DNA from: Dehalococcoidia bacterium | GTDB lineage: Bacteria > Chloroflexota > Dehalococcoidia > Lucifugimonadales > UBA2985 | Reading direction: 5' to 3' | DNA length: 64,000 bases | Assembly: GCA_965247645.1 (NCBI GenBank) | Contig: OZ252024.1 | Coordinates: 974,455 to 1,038,454, forward strand | Position numbers and translations under genes: made by a program | Shown: one piece after another, positions 10,093 through 19,599 of the stretch | Layout: each line of letters starts with the position of its first letter | Position numbering within the stretch: position 1 is the first letter of the stretch | The notes under the pieces: model-generated | Databases searched by the model: none | Told to the model about the DNA's origin: nothing | Seen by the model: only the letters and a program-made list of their open reading frames with translations

Positions 10093-10662
10093 ATGAGAAT
10101 AGGTGTGATTTCGGACACGCATACCCCTGGGGCCGCCAAGGAACCGCCTTCGGAGATAGAGCAGGCCTTTGAAGGGGTGGACCTCATACTCCACGCGGGA
10201 GACATCTACATCGCCTCGTGCTTGGACTGGCTGGAGCGGATAGCGCCGGTTATGGCGGTGGAACTGGGTTCCCAGGCCCACTTCAACGGAGACCCCAGGG
10301 TTGCCGAAAAGCGTGTGTTTGAGTTGGAGGGGTATACCATAGCTATGGTGCACGATCTGATAATACCGGGCATGGGCGGCGAGGTAATGCCCGGGACGGT
10401 TCCCGTGCATTTCGCCGCAGAGGATAGCCTGCCCAGGGCATTGAACGGTGTGTTCGGCGAAACGATAGACATCGTGGTATTCGGCCATACCCATCACGCT
10501 GTGGTGGAGAATCATCAGGGTGTGCTGCTGGTGAATCCCGGAAGTCCCTCCCTGCCCCGGCAGGTCCGGCGGCTTGGCCAGGTCGCCATCCTGGAGCTGC
10601 TCCCGGAGGGCCCGGAGGCCAGGATAGTGGAGCTGCCGCAGTTCAGCCAGGCAAGCGAGTAA
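10093..10662 (+). CDS. Metallophosphoesterase, YfcE/MJ0936 family
   Basis: MRIGVISDTHTP...LILHAGDI...VVFGHTHHAVV...LLVNPGS are the canonical calcineurin-like phosphoesterase motifs. Confidence 0.85.
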   Translation: MRIGVISDTHTPGAAKEPPSEIEQAFEGVDLILHAGDIYIASCLDWLERIAPVMAVELGSQAHFNGDPRVAEKRVFELEGYTIAMVHDLIIPGMGGEVMPGTVPVHFAAEDSLPRALNGVFGETIDIVVFGHTHHAVVENHQGVLLVNPGSPSLPRQVRRLGQVAILELLPEGPEARIVELPQFSQASE

Positions 10663-10840
10663 AACATACATAGAATGGGGTCGTTCAGAGAGTTACCTTG
10701 GTCGACTTAGTCTTTCGCTTGGGCTAGAATATCGCTGACCGCCTGGCGCTTGGTTGAGAGCGGTCGGCGAGCATTTGAATAGCAGATACATGGTTTCAGC
10801 GGAAATCTTGCCGTAAGACCTTTCAACAGGAGGTGAGAGC

Positions 10841-13507
10841 ATGGTGCAGACCGAGACGAGAGTAGCGACTACTCCAAGGGCGTTGGAGGGGGTCCGGGTG
10901 CTGGACTTCACGTGGGTACGGGCGGGGCCGTGGTGCAACCGTTGGCTGGGAGCGCTGGGAGCCGAGGTCATCAAGGTGGAGTGGCCCCAGAGCCCCAACA
11001 CCAGGGGCATAGGGGGGCAGCCCGTGCCTGGCTTTGAGCCTACCCTGAACACATCCGGCCACTTCAGCGACACCAACGCCAACAAGCTGAGTGTCACCCT
11101 CAACACCAGAACGGAGCGTGGCTTCGATCTGATCAAGAGGCTGGTAGCGGTTTCGGACATCGTAATCGAGAACTTCGCCTCCGGGGTGCTGGACCGGTGG
11201 GGTCTCGGCTACGAGGACATGAAGAAGCTGCGCCCGGACATCATCTACCTGTCCATGTCCGGCTTCGGCCACACGGGCAGGGACAAGGACTACCAAACGA
11301 TGGGCCCGATAGCCCAGGCGCTGTCCGGGCTGACCTACACATCCGGGCTCCCTGGTGAGCAGCCTGCGGGCTGGGGCTGGTCCTACATGGACGATACGGG
11401 AGGCTACTTCGGCGCCATATACGCCCTGAGCGCCCTGTACCACCGGAACGCCACGGGCCAGGGGCAGCACGTAGACCAGTCGCAGTGGATAACCGGCGTG
11501 CCACTCAACGGCGCCGCCTTCCTGGACATCCAGGCCAACGACCGCTCCACCGTAAGAGAGGGGTATCCCGCGGGGAACCGGGCGCACTGGCCCGGCACCC
11601 CACTGGCGAACAGCTACCGGGAGCGGACGGTGGCGCCGCACAACGCCTACAGGACCAGCCCGGAGGGTTACAACGACTGGTGTGCGATAGTCTGCTTCAC
11701 GGACGAGGAGTGGAGGAGGTTGGCCGGGGTCATGGGGTCGCCGGACTGGGCTGCGGACGAGAGGTTCGCCACGCTTGGGGGCCGCTTGAAGAACCAGGAG
11801 GATCTGGACGCGGGTATAGAGGCGTGGACAAAGACGCTGGACAAGTACGAGATCATGGAGCGGTGTCAGGCGGCGGGAGCGCCGTGTATGCCTGTGCAGA
11901 GCAACCAGGACCGGTTTGAGAACGACCCGCAGTTGCAGCAACGGGAGATGTTCATAGAGATGGAGCATCCTGTACTGGGGACGTGGCCGTTGCAGAACGC
12001 CCCGTTCAAGATGTCTGAGACACCTGCCTACAACCACCTTACCGGGCCGCTGGTGGGGCGGCATATCAAGGAGGTGTTCGAGGGGCTGCTGGGGATCAGC
12101 CACCAGGAGCTGGTGGACGGCTTTGAGGACGGCACATTCTGGCCCAAGGGGTTTGACATGGCGCCATACCCGTATCTACAGGAGATGATAGAGGATGCGT
12201 CGCCTGTGGAGTGGAAAGGGCTCGCCGCGGGGCCGAATCCGCCGCCGGCGCCAATCAGGACGCCGGACGCCGACACCGCCGGGGCCTTTGGCGGGCTGCG
12301 GGTTCTGGAGCTGTCGGACGAGAAGGGGCAGTGGTGCGGCAAGCTGCTTGGGGACCTGGGAGCGGATGTCATCAAGATAGAGCCGCCCGGCGGAGAGTCG
12401 TCGCGGACGATAGGGCCGTTCTACCAGGACGTGCCGAACCGGGAGAGGAGCCTGTACTTCTGGCACTACAACACATCCAAGCGAGGCGTCACACTGGACC
12501 TGGAGACGGAGGACGGCCGGAGGCTATTCCGGCAGTTGGCGGAGGGAGCGGACGTGATACTGGAGACCTTCCGACCGGGTTACATGGAGTCGCTGGGGCT
12601 GGGGTATGAGGATTTGAAGGAATGGAATCCGGGGTTGATCATGTGCTCGCTGACGCCGTTTGGACAGACGGGGCCGTGGAAGGACTACCTGACCAGCGAC
12701 CTGCTGCACCTGGCAGCCGGTGGGCAGATGGCCTGCTGCGGCTACACGGAAGAGGACTTGCCGGGCGCTCCGCCCATTGCGCCGGGGGGCGGGCAGGCGT
12801 GGCACACGGGCAGCCACTTCGCTTGCATCGCCATCGGGGCTGCCCTGATGCACCGGACGACCACCGGTCGCGGGCAGTACATAGACACGTCCGTGCACGA
12901 GTCGCTTGCCCTTACTACTGAGATGCACGTCAACACCTGGATCTACACCAAGCAGATAGTCCAGCGGCAGACCGGACGCCACGCCGCCGCTACGCCAAAC
13001 CAAAAGTCACAGCACGTGTGCGGAGACGGCAAGTACGTCAACGTGGGCGCTCAGATAGTAACCAGGCTGACCGGAGAGCAGCTGAAGGTGCTGCGTGGGT
13101 GGTATGATGAGCTGGGACTGCCTGTCGACCTCATCGACGAGAAGGAGCGGAACCCCGATGTTATCACCGACAACGAGCTGTTTATGATGCTGCTTGCAAG
13201 CGCGACCCGCGACCAGATCTACCACGGCGGGCAGAAGCGCGGATTCAACCTGGGCGCCGTGCGTTCGCCGGACGAGGTGATGGAAGACCCCCACCTGGAG
13301 GACCGCGGGTTCTGGGCGGAGGTTGAGCAGCCGGAGGTTGGCAGGACGTTCCGCCATCCCGGGCCTGCCGGCATACTCAACGGCTCGCCCTGGAAGATCT
13401 CGCGGCGAGCGCCCCTGATAGGGGAGCACAACGAGGAGGTCTTGTGCGGTGAGTTGGGGCTGTCGAGGGCAGAGTTGGCCGTCCTGGCCGAGGGAGGCGT
13501 GGTCTAG
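10841..13507 (+). CDS. Fused double-domain family III CoA-transferase (CaiB/BaiF family)
   Basis: 888 aa. Two modules opening with VRVLDFTWVRAGPWCNRWLGALGAEVIKVEWP and LRVLELSDEKGQWCGKLLGDLGADVIKIEPPGGE. Confidence 0.85.
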   Translation: MVQTETRVATTPRALEGVRVLDFTWVRAGPWCNRWLGALGAEVIKVEWPQSPNTRGIGGQPVPGFEPTLNTSGHFSDTNANKLSVTLNTRTERGFDLIKRLVAVSDIVIENFASGVLDRWGLGYEDMKKLRPDIIYLSMSGFGHTGRDKDYQTMGPIAQALSGLTYTSGLPGEQPAGWGWSYMDDTGGYFGAIYALSALYHRNATGQGQHVDQSQWITGVPLNGAAFLDIQANDRSTVREGYPAGNRAHWPGTPLANSYRERTVAPHNAYRTSPEGYNDWCAIVCFTDEEWRRLAGVMGSPDWAADERFATLGGRLKNQEDLDAGIEAWTKTLDKYEIMERCQAAGAPCMPVQSNQDRFENDPQLQQREMFIEMEHPVLGTWPLQNAPFKMSETPAYNHLTGPLVGRHIKEVFEGLLGISHQELVDGFEDGTFWPKGFDMAPYPYLQEMIEDASPVEWKGLAAGPNPPPAPIRTPDADTAGAFGGLRVLELSDEKGQWCGKLLGDLGADVIKIEPPGGESSRTIGPFYQDVPNRERSLYFWHYNTSKRGVTLDLETEDGRRLFRQLAEGADVILETFRPGYMESLGLGYEDLKEWNPGLIMCSLTPFGQTGPWKDYLTSDLLHLAAGGQMACCGYTEEDLPGAPPIAPGGGQAWHTGSHFACIAIGAALMHRTTTGRGQYIDTSVHESLALTTEMHVNTWIYTKQIVQRQTGRHAAATPNQKSQHVCGDGKYVNVGAQIVTRLTGEQLKVLRGWYDELGLPVDLIDEKERNPDVITDNELFMMLLASATRDQIYHGGQKRGFNLGAVRSPDEVMEDPHLEDRGFWAEVEQPEVGRTFRHPGPAGILNGSPWKISRRAPLIGEHNEEVLCGELGLSRAELAVLAEGGVV

Positions 13508-13549
13508 CGCCGGCGCGCATACCCTGGGCAACGAATACGCAGCTTGCGC

Positions 13550-13622
13550 GATATACCGGGTCTCGCGGAGACGGGTCACAGCCACACAGGTGGTTTCTGA
13601 CCGAGGCGAGACCCGGTATATC
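13550..13622 (+). terminator. Long hairpin after the CoA-transferase gene
   Basis: Perfect 17-bp inverted repeat gatataccgggtctcgc ... gcgagacccggtatatc with a 39-nt spacer containing further pairing (ggtca/tgacc), followed by cttttc. Confidence 0.4.
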
Positions 13623-13685
13623 CTTTTCAGGGGGCCAACACGACAACGCCACAGGGCAGAGGAGTGAAATTGCAGCCGCCCGTTA

Positions 13686-13718
13686 CCGCTCTCCCACGTA
13701 TCAAGTACGGGGCAGGCT
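13686..13718 (+). repeat. Dispersed REP-like repeat, family A copy 3
   Basis: ccgctctcccacgtatcaagtacggggcaggct. Confidence 0.7.
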
Positions 13719-14108
13719 CAGACAATTGAATGGCGAAGACGCTACAACGGGGCCCTCAGGGAGATCGACAGACCTCCACCGAACCCTGATCTCCCGGGTA
13801 TCGAGGTGTCCCATTTTTTGCTGGTTGCTGAGCTTGTCTCATAAAGCTCCCTGGCAGGATTCCCGCTTATCAGTATAGACCGATTGCGGCGTACGCTCTC
13901 GTGGATTGCTCGGCAATATGTGAAAGATATCCGCAATGCCGACGGACTCCGGAAGATAAAGATCAACGACCCAGAGTGCACCCGATTTCTGAGACAGGCT
14001 CTGCTAAGAGTCGAATTCAACCACAGGCTGGCAGACTACTAGAACGTGCTCAGGGGCTGAATCGACCTGCCGAAACAACATGTCAATTTCATGCTTAAGC
14101 GCTATGAG

Positions 14109-15884
14109 CTATCCGCTGGGCCACGCGGCCAAGACAGATGACAGACTTCCCCAGCAAACAATGGAGCCATCGGTCCTCACGCCACAGGAGTGATCCCACC
14201 CGCAACTGACGGAGACGAACTCGCCCGCAGGGGCCCTGGCTTGTCTCAAGGAATTGCTGCCCCAGCAAGCGACTGAGCCGTCGGTCCTGATACCGCATGT
14301 GTGGTAGCCTCCGGCGCTGACGTCGATGAATTCCCCCTCAGGGGGCGTGGCTTGGGCGAAATCGTCACGGCCCCAGCAGGCGACGGAGCCGTCAACCATC
14401 ATGCCACAGGTGTGATACCAACCGGAACTTACGCTGGTAAATTCGCCCTCAGAGGCCTTGGCTTGGCCACGGTCATCGCTGCCCCAGCAGGCGACGGTCC
14501 CGTCAGCCTTTATGCCACAGGTGTGGTAGCCTCCGGCGCTGACAGAGGAGAACTTACTCTTAGGGGACGTGGTTTTTCCGGACGAATCGCTGCCCCAGCA
14601 GGCAACGGAGTCGTCGGCCATGATCCCGCAAGTGTGGTAGCCTCCGGCACTGACGTCGATGAATTCGCCCTCAGGGGGCGTGGCTTGAGCGAATTCGTCG
14701 CTGCCCCAGCAGACGACGGAATCGTCGGCCGTCACCCCGCAGGTGTGCTTGATCCCGGCACTGACCGTGATGAACTCGTCCTTGGGGGGCGTAGCTTGAT
14801 CATACACATCCCCGCCCCAGCATGCAACGACGCCTCCCACCCTAGTCCCGCAGGAGTGTTCCCACCCGGAATCGATAGAGACGAACGCTTCGCCTGGGGG
14901 CGTAGTTCGACCGTCCCGATTGCCGCCCCAGCAGTCGATGGCGCCGCTGGTTGTCACCCCACAGCCGTAAAAGGCGCCGATGCTGACGGAGATAAACTCT
15001 CCCTCAGGCGGCGGCGATAGGACGAGTCTTCCGCCGCCCCAGCAGGCAATGGTGTTGTCGGCTTTCAAGCCGCATGCGTGGTATTCCCCAGCGCTAACGC
15101 TGGTGAATTCGCCCTCAGGGGGCGTCACTTGGCCGTATTCGTCATAGCCCCAGCAGGCGACGGAAGCGTTGGCCTTTACCCCGCAGGTGTAAAAGTTCCC
15201 AGCGCTAACGGAGACAAACTCACCCTCCGGAGGCGTGGATTGGCCGTATTCGTCATAGCCCCAGCAGACGAGAGAGTCGCTTGGCCTGATACCGCAGGTG
15301 TGGGCCCCTCCGGCGCTGACGGAGACGAACTCGCCCTCCGGTGACCTGGCTTGGCCATGGTTATTGGCCCCCCAGCAGGCGACGGAAGCACTGGCCTTTA
15401 CCCCGCAGGTGTGTCCCCACCCAGCGCTGATGCTTGTAAATTCGCCCGCAGGAGGTGTGGACTCGCCGCGATTGTCGTTACCCGAGCAGTCGACGGACCC
15501 GTCGAGCCTTATTCCGCAGTTGTATCTCCACCCAGCGCTAATGCTTGTGAACTCGCCAGTAGGAGACCTGGCTTGGCCGTACTCGTTATTGCCCCAGCAG
15601 ATGACAGCGCCATTTGTAGTTATCCCGCAGTTGTGATCGAACCCGGCGCTGACAGAGATGAACTCGCCTGCAGTCATGCTATCAACGTCGGATGTGGGGC
15701 CTCCACAGGCAGCCAAGGAGACCGCAATGGCCAGGATGGCAAGCAGCAGTACCAGAGGGCACCGTAAAACGGTCTCCGGACTCCAGGAGCAGCTTGTTCT
15801 AGCGGTCATCGTGGCGCTTCCTGCGATCTGGTCAGGCTTAGGCCTGTAGGTCGCAGTATATCGGTTTACCTGATGATCTGCCAT
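14109..15884 (-). CDS. RCC1-like repeat (beta-propeller) lipoprotein, 14 short repeats
   Basis: 591-aa ORF. TM/lipobox (AVSLAAC|GG), then 14 tandem units of about 37-38 aa of the form GEFxSVSAGxxHTCGxxxDGSxxCWGxxxxGQxxPP. The true start may be the internal Met at 15809. Confidence 0.8.
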   Translation of the reverse strand: MADHQVNRYTATYRPKPDQIAGSATMTARTSCSWSPETVLRCPLVLLLAILAIAVSLAACGGPTSDVDSMTAGEFISVSAGFDHNCGITTNGAVICWGNNEYGQARSPTGEFTSISAGWRYNCGIRLDGSVDCSGNDNRGESTPPAGEFTSISAGWGHTCGVKASASVACWGANNHGQARSPEGEFVSVSAGGAHTCGIRPSDSLVCWGYDEYGQSTPPEGEFVSVSAGNFYTCGVKANASVACWGYDEYGQVTPPEGEFTSVSAGEYHACGLKADNTIACWGGGRLVLSPPPEGEFISVSIGAFYGCGVTTSGAIDCWGGNRDGRTTPPGEAFVSIDSGWEHSCGTRVGGVVACWGGDVYDQATPPKDEFITVSAGIKHTCGVTADDSVVCWGSDEFAQATPPEGEFIDVSAGGYHTCGIMADDSVACWGSDSSGKTTSPKSKFSSVSAGGYHTCGIKADGTVACWGSDDRGQAKASEGEFTSVSSGWYHTCGMMVDGSVACWGRDDFAQATPPEGEFIDVSAGGYHTCGIRTDGSVACWGSNSLRQARAPAGEFVSVSCGWDHSCGVRTDGSIVCWGSLSSVLAAWPSG

Positions 15885-16073
15885 ATAGACCCCGAGAGCA
15901 AGATTTAGTGCATCTATCGATCTGAATCTCCTGCAGAGTTTAGTCGTGTCCAGGCCGCAACCGGTATGTGAGAAGACTGATGGATGTCAAGGCACAGGCT
16001 ACCAACTCAATGCTGTCGTCCTTGCCTCATCAGTGGTACACTCATGATGAGCGTTTGGACAGGAGAGGGCCTC

Positions 16074-16581
16074 ATGGCTACCGGCCTCGTTTGCAGAGGC
16101 ATATGCTTGACCCTGGTCTCGTTGCTGATGGGACTCTGGCTCATGGTTCATCCGGAGCGAAGTTATGCGTGCTCGTGCATTCCTCCAGGCTCGCAATTGG
16201 AGGAACTAGCAGCCTCGCATGCGGTCTTCGAGGGTAGAGTGGCCTCTCTTCATTATTACGAGTCGGGTGACAGTACCCGGAGCGATGGCGAAAGTACCTG
16301 GAGCGGTGGCGCACCTTGACCCCACGGTAAGATTCGAAGTCGAAACCGTCTGGAAAGGGCCCGTTTCCGAAACCATATACGTCCAGACCGCCAGTTCCGG
16401 CGCAGCCTGCGGATTCGGGTTCCGTGAAGGCTCCAGATACATCGTTTACGCCCGTGGCGGTTTCTACGTCAGCCTGTGCAGCAGGACCGGTCTATGGGGA
16501 GCCTCGGATGAATTGGCTGCACTAGGCGAGGGAACAGGCGCCAGAGCCGGGCACAATCTCTCCTGCTTCGTATGCGCCTAA
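16074..16581 (+). pseudogene. Secreted TIMP/NTR-like small protein, frameshifted
   Basis: RBS aggag lies 5-9 nt before the ATG at 16074. A signal peptide ends ...HPERSYA|CSCIPPGS. Frame 1 stops at 16319. A second frame (ORF 16219-16581) continues with VRFEVETVWKGPVSETIYVQTASSGAACGFGFREGSRYIVYARGG. The frameshift lies between 16219 and 16319. Confidence 0.5.
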
Positions 16582-17118
16582 TGAACAGGTTCCCAACTAG
16601 AGACTGGGGCGGATCCCACACCAAATGCACCGGAGGGCAGGGCAAGCGGCGGATGCGTGGAAATCTCAGAACACTGCTGACGTATCTTTAATTGGACTCA
16701 TAAGTCGGCGTTGCTATGGTTCGCCTTGCAAGGAAAGCGAAACTCTGATGGCGCAAAGAGTTGGCAAGTGTAAATGTTAGGAACCGCCCTCCAGACGGGC
16801 CAAAGTTGGCTTGAATCAGCCTATACTTTGGAAGGCGCCAGAATAGGGTACCCTTCCCCTGCACTGGCCTCCTTAGTCCAGAGGCTATTGCCGATGGGTT
16901 CACACAACCCTATGCTGGAAGCAGCGGCCGAAGGGTTGGCGGTGCAGCTACGCAAAGTTGGCGCCACTCGAGCGGGAAAGCCTGACGTTACCAGTCAGTC
17001 CGGCGTGAGCTCCAAGTGGCTAGCGAGGCTCCCGAGCAGCGCAGTACTGTAGAGGCCAACGTAAAGAAGCTCCTGGGCGCGTAGCGTGGAAAGAAAAAAC
17101 ATTGCCGTCAGCCACTTA

Positions 17119-17154
17119 CCCGCTCATATGGTTCGACATGCTCACCGCGGGCGG
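17119..17154 (-). repeat. Dispersed REP-like repeat, family B copy 1
   Basis: cccgctcatatggttcgacatgctcaccgcgggcgg is the reverse complement of the family B core (..gtgagc.tgtcgaaccatatgagcgg). Confidence 0.65.
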
Positions 17155-17355
17155 TAAAGAGGTCGACAGCCCTAGTAAAGCGTCTACTTTCATGGTAATG
17201 ACGTGGGCCGCGGTTGCCCAAAGGTCTCCGTCTGTGGGGGAGGGTTAGAGCCTGCCCAGTACTTAAGCCTGGGGGAGGCGGTGGCGCCCATCCCCCGGCC
17301 CCGCCCGCCCAATGGCGAAGCGCCGGTAGACCAATCCATGTAGAATAGAGGTGTC

Positions 17356-18357
17356 ATGGAGAAGGTCAACGTACTGGTAGGCTGGGCTTTGCCACCGCCT
17401 TTGATGGAGCGCATCGGCGCTCTGGACCCCCGCGTTCACCTGCTCAACGACCCGTACCTGAGCCTTCCGCGGCCGCCGGTATGGCCTCCATTCCTCTTCC
17501 CGGAGCAGCTCCTCCCACTGCTCCCCCGCGCCCAGGTAGTTTTCACCTCTCGGCTGCCCCCGGACGCGCAGCGCCTGGCTTCCAGTCTCCGATGGATCCA
17601 ACTCCTGAGCGCAGGCGCGGACGTGGCTATAGGAGATGGGCCGGAGCGGAGCGACATCCTGGTTACGACAGCCAAAGGCGTCCAGGCCATCCCCCTGTCC
17701 GAGTGGGTTATTGGCGCCATGATCGCGCTATCCAGGAGATTCCCACAGGCCGTCCGCGCCCAGGGCCGGAGGGAGTATTGGAAGTTCATAGGTGAGGAGC
17801 TGGCCGGGCGCACCGCCGGTATCCTGGGTATGGGCAACATCGGCCACAGAGTGGCGCGGCTATGCAAAGCGTTGGATATGCGCGTCCTGGGGATGCGCCG
17901 CTCCGTGACTCAGCCCCAGGAAGGCCAGGGCCCCACAGACCTGCTTCTTCCGCCGCGAGACCTGCCACTGATGCTGCGAGAGAGCGACTTCCTTATCATA
18001 TGCCTGCCAGGGACGCGGGAGACAGCGGGGCTCCTGGGACTCGCTGAGCTCCGGCAGATGAAGCAGGGGGCCTGCCTCATCAACGTGGGCAGAGGCGGCA
18101 TCGTGGACGAGCAGGCCCTGGTAGAAGTCGTAAGGGCGGGCCGGCTTGCAGGAGCGGCCCTTGATGTCTTTGCGCAAGAGCCGTTGCCGCAGGACAGCCC
18201 TCTGTGGGATGAGCCGAACATACTGCTGACGGCCCACGTCGCCGCCAACTCCCACCTATACGAGGAACGCGGCACGGAGCTATTCCTGGAGAACCTGAGA
18301 AGGTACCTGGACGGCCGGGACCTGCTCAACATCTACGACCCGGAGATAGGCTACTGA
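17356..18357 (+). CDS. D-isomer-specific 2-hydroxyacid dehydrogenase family protein
   Basis: 333 aa. NAD-binding GILGMGNIGHRVARL motif. Catalytic-domain motifs (NVGRGGIVDE, LTAHVA) are typical of the family. Confidence 0.85.
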   Translation: MEKVNVLVGWALPPPLMERIGALDPRVHLLNDPYLSLPRPPVWPPFLFPEQLLPLLPRAQVVFTSRLPPDAQRLASSLRWIQLLSAGADVAIGDGPERSDILVTTAKGVQAIPLSEWVIGAMIALSRRFPQAVRAQGRREYWKFIGEELAGRTAGILGMGNIGHRVARLCKALDMRVLGMRRSVTQPQEGQGPTDLLLPPRDLPLMLRESDFLIICLPGTRETAGLLGLAELRQMKQGACLINVGRGGIVDEQALVEVVRAGRLAGAALDVFAQEPLPQDSPLWDEPNILLTAHVAANSHLYEERGTELFLENLRRYLDGRDLLNIYDPEIGY

Positions 18358-18555
18358 CAGCCGCATCCTTTCCCCTGTCCGACCGCCATGCTATACTACA
18401 TTCATATCCTGCGAATCGCCCTTGCGCCATAGACTACCCGGACACGTTTACCTCCCCAAACTGCCCAATGAAAACCTCACTGGACAACCCACGCCGGCAC
18501 GCGAGCGCTCTACGGACAGTGGCGCCGGGCGGCGCCGCGCTGTGAGACGCGCTCC

Positions 18556-19491
18556 ATGACACCTGCAAAGGTCCTGGTCACGGGAGGGTCGGGATTCATA
18601 GGCTCCCACGTAGTCGATAGGCTGCTGGAGCTGGGGCATCCGGTGGTGGTCGTGGACAACCTGAGTTCAGGCAGTCCCTCCAACCTTCCTTCGGGCGCAA
18701 CCCTGTATCGAACGGACATAGCGGGTCCGGGCCTGGCGGAGGTGTTCCGTGAGGAGAGGCCGGAGCTTGTGTGCCACTACGCCGCCCAGATCAGCGTTCA
18801 ACTCTCCATGCAGGACCCCCTTGCCGACGCCGACACCAACATACGCGGCTCCCTCAACCTCCTCCAGAACTGCGTTCAGTACGGGGTCAGGAAGGTGGTG
18901 TACACCTCCAGCGGAGGGGCCATTTACGGCGACCCACAGTACCTGCCATGTGACGAGACCCACTCAGTTCATCCTCTGTCGCACTACGGCGCGTCCAAGT
19001 TCGCGGTGGAGAACTACCTGTACGTCTATCGCCTCTCCCACGGCCTGGACTACACCATACTACGCCTGGGCAACGTCTACGGCCCAAGGCAGGACCCCAA
19101 CGGGGAGGCCGGAGTGGTGGCCATCTTCTCCCAGGCCATGCTCCGCGGGAAGCCAATGGTCATAAACGGCAGTGGGGAGCAGGAACGGGACTTCCTATAC
19201 GTGCTGGACGTAGTGGAGGCCAGCGTCACAGCTTTGGAGAAGGGGGGTGGGGAGGCCTTCAACATAGGCACGGGTGTAGGCACGTCCATCAATCGGATCT
19301 ACTCGCTGCTCAAGGAGAACGCCGGCTACTCCGGCGAAGCCGCCTACGGACCCTCAAAGCCCGGCGAGGTATTCAAGATATACCTGGATATCGCCAAGGC
19401 TCGCCAGGGGCTTGCATGGAGTCCCAGGTTCTCTCTGGAGGAGGGTTTGAGGGAGACGCTCCGGTGGTTTGGCGGCGCCGCGTCACAATAG
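18556..19491 (+). CDS. NAD-dependent epimerase/dehydratase (UDP-glucose 4-epimerase-like)
   Basis: 311 aa. Contains VLVTGGSGFIGSHVV Rossmann motif, YGASKFAVE (YxxxK) and extended SDR architecture. Confidence 0.85.
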   Translation: MTPAKVLVTGGSGFIGSHVVDRLLELGHPVVVVDNLSSGSPSNLPSGATLYRTDIAGPGLAEVFREERPELVCHYAAQISVQLSMQDPLADADTNIRGSLNLLQNCVQYGVRKVVYTSSGGAIYGDPQYLPCDETHSVHPLSHYGASKFAVENYLYVYRLSHGLDYTILRLGNVYGPRQDPNGEAGVVAIFSQAMLRGKPMVINGSGEQERDFLYVLDVVEASVTALEKGGGEAFNIGTGVGTSINRIYSLLKENAGYSGEAAYGPSKPGEVFKIYLDIAKARQGLAWSPRFSLEEGLRETLRWFGGAASQ

Positions 19492-19599
19492 AACCTGTCA
19501 CCGGCCGCGGCCGGGACGCCGCGTTGAATATAGGAGACGCGTGTAGTATCATTGACAACGCGCCGACCTCCACAGCTTTTGAGTGGAGCGCTTCCCATC

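Noticed and set aside
10823-12103. 426-aa ORF antisense to the 888-aa CoA-transferase gene
   Set aside because: Arg/Pro/Leu/Val/His-rich composition typical of the antisense frame of GC-rich coding DNA. No motifs. The sense strand carries an unmistakable CaiB/BaiF protein.
13742-14108. Possible gene remnant in the lower-GC spacer. The plus-frame fragment reads RLRRTLSWIARQYVKDIRNADGLRKIKINDPECTRFLRQALLRVEFNHRLADY. A minus-strand 92-aa ORF is also present.
   Set aside because: The plus-frame fragment has an upstream stop and no start codon. I cannot assign either frame to a family. At most this is an unidentifiable pseudogene, which is too weak to report as a feature.
14109-15884. Regular ~114-nt periodicity that could be mistaken for a repeat array or CRISPR
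   Set aside because: The periodicity is in-frame protein repeats (RCC1-like blades) within one long ORF. There are no spacer-like unique segments. No CRISPR array is present anywhere in the window.
16582-17355. A 770-bp gap with small ORFs (16688-16903, 16774-17052). I examined it for a structured ncRNA (tmRNA, RNase P, SRP, 6S).
   Set aside because: I could not find any of the conserved sequence blocks I know for those RNAs. The ORFs have no motifs or RBS. Apart from one family B repeat, nothing is supportable by eye. An Rfam scan would be the decisive test.
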